From positions 115,880,001-115,944,000 of the forward strand of contig NC_087437.1 of the NCBI RefSeq assembly GCF_036321535.1: 64,000 nucleotides of DNA, given 5' to 3'. Numbering within the stretch: the first letter of the stretch is position 1; each line of letters starts with the position of its first letter. Under the pieces are notes generated by a model, which did no database searches, was not told where the DNA came from, and saw only the letters and a program-made list of their open reading frames with translations. Positions 1 through 12,038 of this stretch are shown here, piece by piece. The stretch is from Camelus dromedarius. Lineage: Eukaryota. The position numbers were made by a program, and so were the translations under genes.

Positions 1-253
1 AGGTGACAGCAAGCTCTCAGCTCTTCCCACAGACAGAGAGGAGGCTTAGGGCTTTGACATCACTGTGTGTCAGGGCCCATAGCTGCCTCCGGCAGAGGAA
101 ACGCCACAGCAGGGATGGAGTGTCTGAGCATCCTTCCAGTGTTTACTCATCAGGTGGATTTTTCCTCAGTCTCCCCCCTCCAAAGCGAGAAGCAAATGCT
201 TTCAAAGGGGGAGAGGCCCCCAAATTCCCTGGTGTTTGGGTTGGGGAGTATAT

Positions 254-720
254 TGCAGGCTGATTAACGGACCCCCCAAACTGTCCACATCCTAGTCCTC
301 AGAACAAGTGGGTGTCATCTTACAGTGAAAAGGGACTTCGCAGGTGAGATAAAGTTAAGGCTCTTGAGATGGGGACATTCTCCTGGATTTACTGGATGGC
401 CCCTAAATATCATCACAAGGGGAAGGCAGGATGGGCCGAAAAAGTCAAAGGTAATGTGATGACAGAAGCAGAGAGAGAGATCAGAAGATGCTACACCGAT
501 GGCTTTGAAGATGAAGTATGGGGCCACGAGCCAAGGACTATGGTGGCTCTAGAAATTAGAAAAGGCAAGAAAATAGATTCTTTCTAAAACCTCCGGAAAG
601 AACTCAGCCAGGCCAACACATTTTAGACTTTTAGCTGCAAGAACTGGAAGGGAATAAATTGATATGAGTTTCCTGTTGCTGGGAGTGGCTTAAGGTGCAC
701 AGATTTAGGTATTTTGTAGC
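254..720 (+). mobile_element. MaLR LTR (MLT1D-like)
   Basis: Diagnostic MLT1 segments are AAAAGGGACTTCGCAGGTG, TTGAGATGGGG and GGCTTTGAAGATG...GGGGCCACGAGCCAAGG. Confidence 0.8.
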
Positions 721-1974
721 CATCTGTCTGGAAAAGAACATTTTAATCAGTTCGAGGCTCATACGAGACCATAGAAAGACCTGCACTGAAGGAAATACAC
801 AAGGAGAAGAGAAAGTGTGTCTACAGTGGTTAATGAATCGGTCAACACAGCGGTAATAATTTGCATGTGCAGATTCTAGAATCTTCCATCCAATGGCCAG
901 TGGGGTCGTCTGCCTCATGCACTCACTCAGACACTTGGCTCCTGGCTTCTTTGCCCTGGAGTCACAGCAGGGCTTAAGTCTATCAGCCTTGGTGAGCACT
1001 TTGAAAGCCTTTTGAAGGTGGTGAGTTTCAAATAGGTGACTTTCTCAGCTGACTGTTATCATAGCACAGGGAGCCAGTCAAGCTTCAGGCTTTTGACAAT
1101 TATATCAAAATTTATATTCTTCTCTCCAGGGCCAGTTGGAAGAGCAGGCATGAGGTGGAGAGAAAAAAAAAAATCAACCCACCACCCTGCCAGGGACGTC
1201 CTTCCACTCCTATGGCCACAGAACAGCTGAGTAGGCTGTGAAGCTTAATTTCCCATTTTAGTGCTTTCCTTCTGGCGGCAGTTGGTGGCTGAGAATCTAT
1301 GACCTCAAATCCACACTTCCCATAACACAGCATTTGAGTGATCTCCAAATGTACTTAATAGAACGAGACATCGTTTCACCGTAGAAATAAGTCTGAGGGA
1401 CGCCAGGACCGGAGTCGCGGCAGAAGATTCATGGGTTGTCGTCAGTCTGCCTGAATCATAATTGCAGCATTTGTCATAATTCCTGCCACTTTAATTGGCT
1501 TAAGAGTGTTCTTAGGACAGTGTAAGGCAGTATTTCATCATGGGAATGTACTTTTCGAGATGGTTCTGTAGCCATCACCACTGTGGCTGATAATTACTCC
1601 CTCAAACTGGTGGAGAAGCAAACCCCCCCACCCTCTCCATGACAGATAATTGACCAGAAGGCAGAATGACGAGAAAGTGGGATTCTATTTCCAATTAAAA
1701 TGAACAAATGACACCTACTTTCCACTTGAGGAAATAGCAATGTTCTATCCACTTTGTTTCTCTCATGGCACTTGTGCTGGGCTCACCTTTTGGGCTCCTC
1801 TCCATCTGAATCCTGACTTCCCGGTGGCCAGGGGCATGGAGAAAGGGGGTCAGGCCTCAGTGAGTGGGGATCCTTTGCACAGAAAACGCCTGCTAATCAG
1901 ATAATAAGTCTGCTTCTTTCCAAACCTCCCTCTTTGAATTTTTATTTCTGGGTTCAAAATCTGTGTGAACAAAA

Positions 1975-2806
1975 GTACACCCGATTAAAAAATGGGCAAG
2001 GGATTTGAAGAGAGTTCCTCAAAGAAGATTTAAAAATCACTCATAAGTACATGAAAAGATGCTCAACATCATTAGTCACTAAGGAAATGCAAATCAAAAC
2101 CTCAGTGAGCTACAACTTCACCCCCACCAGGATGCCTATGATCCAAAAGGTGGACAATAACAAGGGTTGGTGAGGACGTGGGGAAATTGGAACCCCATTC
2201 ATTGCCTGTAGGTTTGTAAAATGGTGCAACAGCTTTGGACGATGTATTGGCACTTCCTCAAAAACTGAAACATAGAGTTACCATAAGACCCAGCAATCCC
2301 ATTTCTAGGTATATAGTTAAAAGAACTGAAAACATATGCCCACACAAAAATTACCACATGCATATTCCTAGCAGGATATTTATAATAGCCAAAAAAGTGG
2401 AAATAACTAAATGTCCATTAATTGATGAATGGATAAATAGAATACAGGATATCCATACAATGGAATATTATACAGCTAGAAAAAGGACATAATATGAATG
2501 AACCTTGAAAACATTATGCCAAGTAAAAGAAACTGGATGTGAAAAGCCATATTTAGACAATTCCATTTATATGAAATATCTGTAACAGGAAATCTGTAGA
2601 GTTAGGATGTAGGTTAGTGATTGCCAGGGATGGGGGAATCTTGGAAGGACTGCTAACACAGGCAGAGTTTCCTTTTGGGGTGGTGGATGTCCTAGCATGA
2701 GGTAGTGGTGATGATTCCACAATTCTGTGAATGTGTTAAAAACTACTACGTTGTATACATTAGAAATGTGAATTGTTTGGTATGAATTTCATTTCAATAA
2801 AAAAAT
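1975..2806 (+). mobile_element. Old L1 (L1MB-like) ORF2 3' end and 3'UTR
   Basis: It is homologous to the ORF2 C-terminus at 30290-30850 (ATGAAAAGATGCTCAACATCA, GAAATGCAAATCAAAAC) and ends in AATAAAAAAA. Confidence 0.88.
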
Positions 2807-3093
2807 TATATGAGAAAAAAATCACCTCTGAAGAGTGATACTGGGATTCCCAAAGTGGTCCTGTTTTTCTGCTTGAATTTTGCAAATTGTTTGAAAATTG
2901 TTATTTAGTAAAGTTAATGATGATGGTAAAAGGAAAAATATGCTTTGCCAATCTCAGTTGCCATCTCCATTCTCTGATGGCATTCAGTGCCCCAGAGCAC
3001 AGGAGCCAAGGGTCTCTCGCCTTTGTGCTCTGAATTTGATCTGTTTGCTTTCTCTCTCTATGATGCGAGCTTTCTGAGGGCCCTAGTCACCCT

Positions 3094-3570
3094 TGTTGTG
3101 GGTTAAACTGTGTCCCCTCCAAAGATACATTCAAGTCCTAATACCCACTCTCTGTGATTGTGACCTTATTAGGATATAGGGTCTTTGCAGAAGTAAGAAA
3201 GTTAAGACCAGGGGATACTGGGTTAGGATAAGCTCTAGTCCTATGACTGGTGTCCTTGGAAAAGGAAAATTGATAGACACAGGAAGAAGACAATGTGAAG
3301 ATGCACAGGAGAAGGTCTTGCAATGTGGAGGCAAAGACTGAGATTCTGCAGTTACATGCCAAGCAACGCCAAGGCTGCCAGCAGCCACCAGAAGCTGGAA
3401 GAGGCGAGAAGGATTCTCTCCTACAGGTTTCAGAGGGATCACCTGCCAACACCTTGATTTTGAACTTCTGTCCTTTAGAATTGTGAGAGAGCAAGGTTCT
3501 GTTGTTTGAAGCCCTCCCTCCCCCCACCCCAGTTTGTGACGATTGATTATGGTCCCTAGGAAACTAATAT
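3094..3570 (+). mobile_element. MaLR LTR (MLT1B/C-like)
   Basis: It starts TGTTGTGGGTTAAACTGTGTCCCC, contains AGGGTCTTTGCAGA and CCACCAGAAGCTGGAAGAGGC, and ends CCCTAGGAAACTAATA. Confidence 0.85.
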
Positions 3571-3849
3571 GATGTAGGTTGGAGACTGGTCCACAGAGAC
3601 CCGAGCATGTTTGCCCAGTGAATCAATTTTCTGCTTCCCCATAACCTGTCCTGGCTGAGATGGGAAGAAGCCCCAGCAACTGGCTGGTAAAAAATTGAAA
3701 TGGTAATCCTTGCCTTTGCAAGTGAGGGGTCCAGAGAGAGCGGAAGTGGTGTAACCCAAGTAGGGAGCAGAGTGGGGGACCTAGAATTCAATTTAGATCT
3801 TTCCACTCTTAGTTAACAAAAGAAGATGGAAATGAGAAATGAAACTAAT

Positions 3850-4045
3850 CAAGAGTCTAATATGAGTCAGACGCTGTGAACGTGGCCTGATTTAATTCTC
3901 TCCATAGCCCTGTGTGACCAGTGCTCTAGTCCACATTTCTGCAAATTAGGCAGCTGACATGATAACAGAAATTAGGACACATCCAAGATCACCCAGTAAA
4001 CGGCAAAGCCAGTGCTCCATCCTGGGTCTGGATGATTTCAAGGTC
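3850..4045 (-). mobile_element. MIR fragment
   Basis: It shows degenerate similarity to the reverse-complement MIR core (CCAAGATCACCCAG...CCTGGGTCTG). Confidence 0.5.
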
Positions 4046-4085
4046 TTGCTTCCCTCAGTCCTGCTAGGGGCATCTCCTGATTAGA

Positions 4086-4900
4086 CAGTTTTCAAACTTA
4101 GGGGGGGCTTTCAAGTTGATTTGGTAAATGATCAGGATATATTTACCTTATAAACTCAAGTTTTGAATGAAAATTTATTACCCCCATTTTCTAGTTATTG
4201 ACGATAATGGTTCTGATCTAAATTCACAACTATAGAGGGGGAGGATATAGCTCAGGTGGTAGAACACATGACTAGTATGTACAAGGTCCTGGGTTCCATC
4301 CCCAGTACCTCCTCTAAAAGAAATAAATAAATAAACTTAATTACCTCCTCCCACAAAAAAATTAAAAAAAAAATTAAATTCACAACTATAAAAAACTTTT
4401 CTCTAGTCAGTAGGACAAAGAAAACATTTTAATATATGCAATGTATTTTTGCCTTTTTGAGAGTAATAAATTGTAAGATGAATAAGATAACCAATCAAGA
4501 AACCATGGAGAGCTAAACCTTAAACTTCACTAGAAGTAGTTTTTGTATTCCATTTTTGCAGGTTAAGTGGCTAACGAACATTTCTGTAAAGGCATGTAAA
4601 ATATTTGTAGGTCATACTGTTTTAGTATTTTGGGAGTAGTAAACAGAAACAACTTTTAATAGGATATTTAAGACATTTTCTCTCGGCATAATTAGAAAAC
4701 ATTCTGTAACTGTCTAGAATATTTTTCAATTTCTTTCTCCATTTTCTTGGGAAATCTTTATGAGGTTTGACTTACTTTGAAGTCACTAACATATCTGTGC
4801 ATTTGGGGACAACTTTGAACATCTAATGACCTACACTTAACCCATATATCAGGGGCACTGAGTGTAGTGAAGCTAGTGTTTTATAATCTTTGGGAAAATT
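4086..4900 (+). mobile_element. Possible ancient hAT/Charlie-type DNA transposon remnant (interrupted by a SINE)
   Basis: The ends CAGTTTTCAAACTT and TTTGGGAAAA are TIR-like. 4620-4840 loosely resembles a decayed hAT C-terminal dimerisation-domain coding region. Confidence 0.3.
4235..4374 (+). mobile_element. tRNA-derived SINE (camelid vic-1-like)
   Basis: It has an A-box (TAGCTCAGGTGG), a B-box-like GGTTCCATCCC, an (AAAT)n/A-rich tail, and a perfect 16-bp TSD TAAATTCACAACTATA at 4219-4234 and 4375-4390. Confidence 0.92.
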
Positions 4901-5544
4901 ACCTTCATTAGAGCCACTGGTGATGTAGTTGGGGATGATTTAGTCCCTTTTCCCATGGCCTTGAGAAAAGTGAACAGAAAACTACAAGCCATAATTAGAT
5001 TAAACCAATCAAAAGCAATGCAACAGTTGAGCCCTGCAATGAGCTTCTCAAGCCTTTAAGTCACAAATATGTGACCCTGAAGGTCAAGGACTGTGGGAAA
5101 TTCAATGGCAGTCGTCACGTTTTAGAGTATGCCCATTTTACACAGCATGCTTTTGTTCTGCAGGCCCAGAGCCCCACTGGGAGAACGTGGCGAATGGTGG
5201 TGCCTCCTTTCTGGCTGACAAGCAGATGTGGCAGCCCTGGGCCACTGTAGACCCTGCAGGGCCTCAAGATATCAGACAAGCTGCACATCAAAAACCATAC
5301 CCGCCTCCACCGCAGCCTGCATCTCCCAGGTAATGGCGAGTCTGGGGACCAACCCAACATTCAGGGTTTGAGTTGGGAGTGAGCGTGTCCTGCTGTGATA
5401 TGCAGGAAAGCTAGGCTGAGGCCATGTCCTGGGATGCTGTTGGCTATTTATGTCTAATTGGTGACTTTATTTTTTGCAAAAATCTTTCTCTGTAGAATTC
5501 AAGGTAGTCACACATCTACAGATTTACTATATGATAATATTATA

Positions 5545-6065
5545 ATTTTTTTTCATTTTTTAAAATTGAAGTATTATTACTTACAATGTATTGATTTCTG
5601 GTGTACAACACAATGTCCCAGTCATGCATATACATATACATATTCATTTTAATATTTTTTAAATTAAAGATTGTTACAAAATATTGAACATAGTTCTCTG
5701 TGCTATACAGCAGAAACTTGTTTTATATCTATTTTTACTTATAGTGATTAACATTTGTAAATCTCAAACACCCAAATTTATCCCTTCCCACCCCCTTTCC
5801 CTGGTAACCAGAAGATTGTTAACTATGTCTGAAAATCTGTTTCTGTTTTGTAGATGAGTTTATAGTGTCCTTTTTTAATTTTTCTTTTTTAGATTCTACA
5901 TATGAGTGATATCATATGGTATTCTTCTTTCTCTTTCTGGTTTACTTCACTTAGAATGACAACCTCTAGGTCCATCCATGTTGCTGCAAATGGCATTATT
6001 TTATTCTTTTTTATGGCTGAATAGTATTCCATTGTATGTACATACCACTTCTTCTTTATCCAATC
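5545..6065 (-). mobile_element. 5'-truncated L1 (ORF2 end + 3'UTR)
   Basis: It is the reverse complement of an L1 3' end (TCCATCCATGTTGCTGCAAATGGCATTAT, CCCTGGTAACCA), with a T-rich tail on the left. Confidence 0.9.
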
Positions 6066-7559
6066 TGGCTACACAAAAATTTCTGATGAAATCATACCAT
6101 GGCTGGTCATGCTAGTATTTCAGGAATCATCCTGGCTAAAATTACTCCCTCAGCCCCACCACCCCTTGGGTCCTGCTGGAGGTTCACAGCCCCGTGTCCT
6201 CTCCGAGTTGAGAGTGTTGAGCGGTGTGAGGCATTATTCCATCTCAGAGAGTCTGGTTTGCTTTGAGAAGGAAAAGAAAGGCATCTGTCTAACCTAGCAT
6301 CAGAGCTGGGGATTTCACCGCAAGGTCATCTTATTGTGCCTAATCCCAACCTTAACCCTAACCCTATGTCAGGTGACTTCTCTGAACAGTACTCTGATCC
6401 CAGACTTTGGGGATCAGGGATCTGAGTTTCCTGGAACTGCTCTCCTTTAGGGGTCTGGTGAAAGCTTTGAGCCCTTGGCTTTAACCCCCATGATGTAAAT
6501 GAACTTGAGCAGACAGAAGGTTCAGGCTGTTTCAAGTGTCGGGCATGGGAGGTAGCAGTGAGACCCCAACAAAAGCAATAGCAGAGACTGGCTGGGGTGG
6601 GTGTCTTGGTGAACCTGCTCCCTGCACATCCACCTCCAGCTCCCTGGCTCCAGTGTCCTCACTGGAGGCAGCCCCAGGGGAAGGTGGTGGCTGTGCTGGC
6701 CTCTGGAGGGGACAGGCCCAGACAAAGGCCAAGCCCAGAGCAGCACTGGCTCCCCTGCCCTGCACAGCCATACTGGAAGGTCTCCAGGGGGGACCCAAGG
6801 CTGGGGGGCCAGCGCCAGCCCTCCTGGAACACGTTCACGGACCCTTGCTCTGTGCCAGGCACCGTGCTGGGTGCCAGGGGCTCCAAGGACAGGTAAGGTC
6901 CTTGTGTTCCAGGAGAGTGGACTTAGATTTGTGATGCTCAGCTCTCAAATCCCTGGCAGGGAGGCGGGGAGAAGTTGCGACCAGGGCCTGAGGGTGCTTC
7001 TATACACTAGGTACCACCTGCAGATAAAATAAAGAATTTCCAGTCCGTATCTGTGTGGCTCCTGTTCCATGTGAGTATAGGCTGTTGGGGCAACAAATTA
7101 CACAGTTAAGGGTGGATGTGATTTAGGATGGTTTCTGCTTTTTGTCAGAATGTATTTTCTCAGCTCCCCCACTCTCTTGCGGGGTAGTGAACTGTCTGAG
7201 GTCACCAAGTCATTCTGACACCGGAAAGGTTCAGAATCAGCCTAGGCCTTGGTGGGCATGGTCGTGCCGGTTGGCGGAGTGTTACCTCTGTGGCTCTAGC
7301 AGGGAAATCTGCCTCTTAACAGGGGAAGGGACACCAAGGGGCTGGCTGTGCTGAGCGTGGATGGTGGGGAGGTGTGGGTGGACTGATCCGCTGCTCTGGT
7401 CCCAAGGGAAGCAAGCCTCCCACCTCCCAACCGCAAACCAACCCACACAACAGCGCTGGACCAAGAGATGCTGCTCTGACCCTGGTCACCAGCCACCTGC
7501 TTCCTAGCTGCCCCCTTTCTGGTGGTTTCTTTTTCCATCTTGATTGATTGCTCTCAAAC

Positions 7560-7745
7560 CTGAAGGCCTGAGTTCAAATTCCAGCCCTCTCAAGTTCTAG
7601 CTGTGTAGCTTTAGGCAAGGTATTTTTCCTCTCTGTGCCTCAGTGCCTTCATCTGAATGTCTATTAGCATCAACTTCATAGAATTGTTAAGATTAAATCC
7701 ATGAATATGGGAAAGCAAGTAGAATAAAAGCCACTCAATACCTCT
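7560..7745 (+). mobile_element. MIR SINE
   Basis: It contains the MIR core CCTGAGTTCAAATTCCAGC...CTAGCTGTGT...GGCAAG...CTCTGTGCCTCAGT. Confidence 0.75.
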
Positions 7746-7784
7746 TAGCATTACACCAGGACCCCCAGCGTGGAGGCTGAGCAC

Positions 7785-8000
7785 CTGGGTTTAGAGCCAC
7801 GGGAACTGGGTTTGAATTCTGACTCTGTTCCTTCCTAGCTGTGTGATCTTGAGCAAGTTTCTTAACCTCTCTGTGCTTTAGTCTCCTCACCCACAGCACG
7901 AGGATGATAATTGCATTTGTTCCCGAAGCTGTTGTGATCAACTAATGAGAAAGCAAAGTGCTTGCAGAAGCCCCTGACGTGCACTAAGTGCTATACCAAT
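7785..8000 (+). mobile_element. MIR SINE
   Basis: It contains the MIR core CTGGGTTTGAATTCTGACTCTG...CTAGCTGTGTGATCTTGAGCAAGTTTCTTAACCTCTCTGTG. Confidence 0.85.
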
Positions 8001-8639
8001 GCTGACAGTTTTGCTTTCCAGATAAAAAACAGAGAGGTCAAGTAAAGTCTCTGATGTCACACAGAAGCTACACAGCTAATAATGGTGATGCTGAGACCAC
8101 GACCAGATCCCCAAACCAAAAGGGGACTTCCCCCCGCCCCCAACCCCGCTTCTCCAAAGTATTTTCCTTATTGTGAGAGCAAGGAGGAGTTTCTAGCACA
8201 GGACTGAAGTTCTGACCAGGCTGTGGGCTGTCCTTTCCAAATGAGCTGACAACAGAACCTCATCCTGGTTCAGAAACCCCCTGCTGGTGGTCGCTGTTGT
8301 TGCTGGTATATGCTGATGTGCGCAGATGTTACCCTGGGAGGGGATTCCTTGCCTCCCTGGCTCTCTGGGGAAGGTTTTGGCTCCATACCAGGCTGGCCCT
8401 TCCTCAGCGCCCTCAGAGGACATCTTTCCCCTCAGGTACAGCATCAGCCCGTGCCCAGAACGCAGGCGATATGGCTCTCTTTTTTCATTCTCTGCTAAAC
8501 ACATAATCCAAAGGCTACAGATGCTTCAAAAAAGAGGCTTCTCCAAACATTGCCCAATCCTGTCCTTACTCCTCAAACCCCACTAGTCCTTTTCAATTAG
8601 CTTATATTTCTTGCCATAGTCAGTTTGTCTAACTGAAAA

Positions 8640-8704
8640 GTGTCTGTGTGCATGTGTGTGCGTGTGCGTGCATGTGTGTGTATGTATGATGAGTGTGTGT
8701 GTGT
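8640..8704. repeat. Imperfect (TG)n microsatellite
   Basis: Seen directly in the sequence. Confidence 0.85.
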
Positions 8705-10045
8705 CTGTACACACTGAGCACCAGGGCAGTCTCTCCCTTCTGTAGGGAGTACCAGCAACGCTGCAAAACATCTCCATGGAAACCAGCCCCTCAGTCCATC
8801 GGGCTTCCGCAGGGTGGATACATTCCTTGCAAAGCAGCCAGGGACTAATGAGGCAACTTAATGGAATATACAACACGCCACTTCAGGATACAGGGCCCCT
8901 TCTTTGAGGTTCCTAACAGCCAGTGACATCCAAATGATGGCAGAATCCCATGTTTTTACCCCACAAAAGCTTAACTGTGTGCAAGCTGTGATTGCCATGC
9001 AACTTTTGGTGGGTTCACTGTTCCCCATCAGGTCATTAAACGTAGGTCTCTATAGTAACCCACAATCCGGTCAATTTAAAAATGACAGTTTCTCCATCAT
9101 GATAAGACTCCCCTCCCCCAGCCCAGCTGCCTTTGACGTCTCCTGTCTGGTCCTAATGTATTTTCTCTTGTTCTTTTGTCACACTGATGTTTTTCAATCT
9201 GCTGAGAAACAGAGGTGATCGCAAGAGAAATAGTCCTGATTTTTTTTTAACCTTTCCCTCACCCTCTTCTACCTTTTCTCCATTAGAGGATGGTTATTAA
9301 GGCTCTAAATAATATATACTCAATCTTTTTGCTTTTCTAGGAGGGATCAAAATGGCTGAGAATCCTGCTAGTTTGAGATATAAACTGTTGGATACCACCT
9401 TTCAAAAATTGGGTAGGAACTTAAAAAATATTAACAGATGGGAGAAAACATATATTTGATGAGCTGAACAAATTAAGTGTGTAGGTAATTCCCACAAGTA
9501 TATTGTCTCACCCCTCAATTCATATGAAAGCTCTTTTTGGATCGTTGTAATTGTCTGCATCTTTGGACAGTATTCCAAATTCTTTGGTCTCATCCACACT
9601 AGACCAACTAGATACTTGCCTTAGGTGGTTGCTTTTTAATTTTTTGTTTATAATTTCTTCTGTTGTTGTTCTGGATTTTGCTGGCAGCAAATAGTAAAAT
9701 ATTACGAATAACTTTAAATGCGATTGACAGTTTTGCCTAGAAAGCTCTATGGAAAAAAATGTAAGAGCCAATGACTTGAGAAGCATATTATGCTAAGTCA
9801 TCTGATTTTAGAACTGAAATCAGAATGTCATTGCCTCAAAACCAGAGGCTGTTCTTTTGTTTGCTTCTTAGACTTGTTAACTCCCGGCATTTGAAAACCA
9901 TCATTACTTATTATGAAAGTGATTATGGCAAGAGAATGCAACTGAAGAATGTTTGGAAATCTGGAAGGCAATCTTATATTTAAAAAAAATGCCTGAAACT
10001 ATATTCCCTCTCAAATAATGTGCTACTTATAAAATTATGTGGTTA

Positions 10046-10702
10046 TGAGACAGGAGGGAAGGGGGCAGGGCATAGCCATTCAAGGAATGACAGCAATTAA
10101 CACCAAAATGGTGGAAGATTCAAGCCCAGTGGGCCTTGAGGCTCAAGACGGTGAGAGATTTGACTTCCAGTAGACCTTGAGCTTCATTTTACGTCCATTG
10201 TAATATATTAGCATGATAAATAACATGCCCACAGGCACACGACAGCTCCAAGGCTGACTATAAAATGTCAAAGAGTGGGGAATGGCTGACTTCCTGGGAA
10301 TCCCAGCCCCTTCCCCAGGGTAGTTAGAATGGTGCTCCCACTTAGCATATGAAGCTGCCCAGTCCACAAAAGCTGGTGACACTGCACCTCTCGATCTCTC
10401 TTGCTCCCTTGTGCTCAGAGATGATCCGCACTCTGTCTATGGAATGTGTAGCTACTTTTATTTTAACCTGAACACCCAACCCCCACACCTTGTGGCCTTT
10501 CTTTCGCCTTCTGAAACAGCCTACACTCTATGCAGCATGTATCTCTCTATAAATAAATCTGCCTTTACTCAACCCTGGCTCACTCTTGAATTCTTTCCTG
10601 CACAAAGCCAAGGACCCACACTTGGCAGGGCACATCCCAGGGGCTCCCCCGAGACCTGGGACACGGCCCTCCTCACGCCCTACGCCCGTTTTTCTGGTAT
10701 CA
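10046..10702 (+). mobile_element. ERV1-class solo LTR, MER41-like
   Basis: It has TG...CA termini, a perfect 4-bp TSD GTTA (10042-10045 and 10703-10706), and AATAAA at 10552-10557. The downstream CTTGAATTCTTTCCTGCACAAAGCCAAGGACCC resembles the MER41-type R/U5 region. Confidence 0.85.
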
Positions 10703-11205
10703 GTTATGCTTTTTTGTAAATCTGTCAGTTTTCTTAAAACTAGCTTTTTCTTGTATCTTTACACGACTGATTCTGATTTAAGTAAAGTCTCCTAAAAGAA
10801 TGCAGGTACACCTTCCCAGATTGCCAAAAGTTGGTTCATTTATCTTTTATATTTGGCTGTCGAGAAAGCCAGGGCAGGAAGAAGCCATTAATTAAACTCT
10901 AAGTAATTTTCCCACCAGAAAAATCTGGAAAAGAGGATGAGAGGAAAAAAATAAATTTAAAAAACCCACCTATATTTCTAATCTCTTGTAAATAGAAGTA
11001 ATATTTCTTCTGCTTAAAAAAAGAGCCAAAGATCGCTTTAGGAATAGATCAGAGTTCATAATGATGAATGAAAATAAATTGCATGGTTGGGTTCAGAAGG
11101 AGGCTTTTCGGTTTGGTTTCCAAAGTTAAACTGTCAGAATATTACCCATTGAAAGATGTTTTTCATTGTTTGGCGAGGGAGAAATTGAAACTATGAAACG
11201 ATACA

Positions 11206-11284
<79 letters not shown>

Positions 11285-11363
11285 AGAAAGAGAGAGGGAG
11301 AGAGAGAGACAGAGAGACAGAGAGACAGACAGAGAGAGAGAGAGAGAGTGAGGGAGAGAGGGA
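11206..11363. repeat. Compound microsatellite (AAAT)n-(AT)n-(AG/AGAC)n
   Basis: Seen directly; it abuts the MER21-like LTR. Confidence 0.95.
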
Positions 11364-11365
11364 GT

Positions 11366-12038
11366 CTGTTTCCACTTTCACTGGGTGAACTGCGGTTCAG
11401 TTCTGACACTAACAACCTGGTGTTGGTGTTAGACCCCGCAAGTTAAGGGCTCAGTTCCCCACACTCTGCTCTGACTTCAGACATTAGATACACTTTGGGG
11501 GTCCCCAGGCCATCTATATCTCCGACCTGAGTGTCTGATCACAGTTTTGGCTATAGACTGTGGGGTTCCCACAGCCCCTTCAAGTTCTGTAATTCACTAG
11601 AATGACTCACAGAACGCAAAGAAGCACCACACCCACACTTACAGTCTATTACCAAGGACACGCACACGTGAGGTCTGGGAGCGAGGCAGAGCTTCCATGC
11701 CCTCTCCCCGTGGAGTCAGGGCACATCAACCTCCCGGGATGTCAAAATGTTCCTCCACTAGGAAGCTCCACTGGGCCTTGTGCCCAAAGCTTTTACTGGG
11801 GTTTCATTGCAGAGCCATGATTCCTGAAGTCACTGGCCACGTGATTCACTGCCAACTCCAGCTCCCTCCCCTGCACTGAGGAATAGTTTGCTCTTGCTGG
11901 TGACCAGCCCTCATCCTGATAGACCTAGGACACCTCCTTAGCAGAATAAAGACACTCACCACCCAAGAAACGCCACAGGGTTTGGAAGCTCTGTGCCAGG
12001 ACTGGGGGACAAGACCACAAATATTGTTTATTACAGCA
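11366..12038 (-). mobile_element. MER21-like LTR
   Basis: The minus strand begins TGCTGTAATAAACAATATTTGTGGTCTTGTCCCCCAGTCCTGGCACAGAGCTTCCAAACCC, as I recall the MER21 5' end. It ends with ...GTTAGTGTCAGAACTGAA. Confidence 0.75.

Noticed and set aside
4235..4312. tRNA-like sequence
   Set aside because: It is the head of a SINE with an A-rich tail and TSD, not a tRNA gene. The same applies to the copies at 36389 and 44653.
6339..6366. Telomere-like CCCTAA repeats
   Set aside because: There are only about two to four degenerate units, too short to call an interstitial telomeric sequence.
11163..11415. ORFs with SL/IY/IYLF repeats
   Set aside because: They are artefacts of the compound microsatellite.
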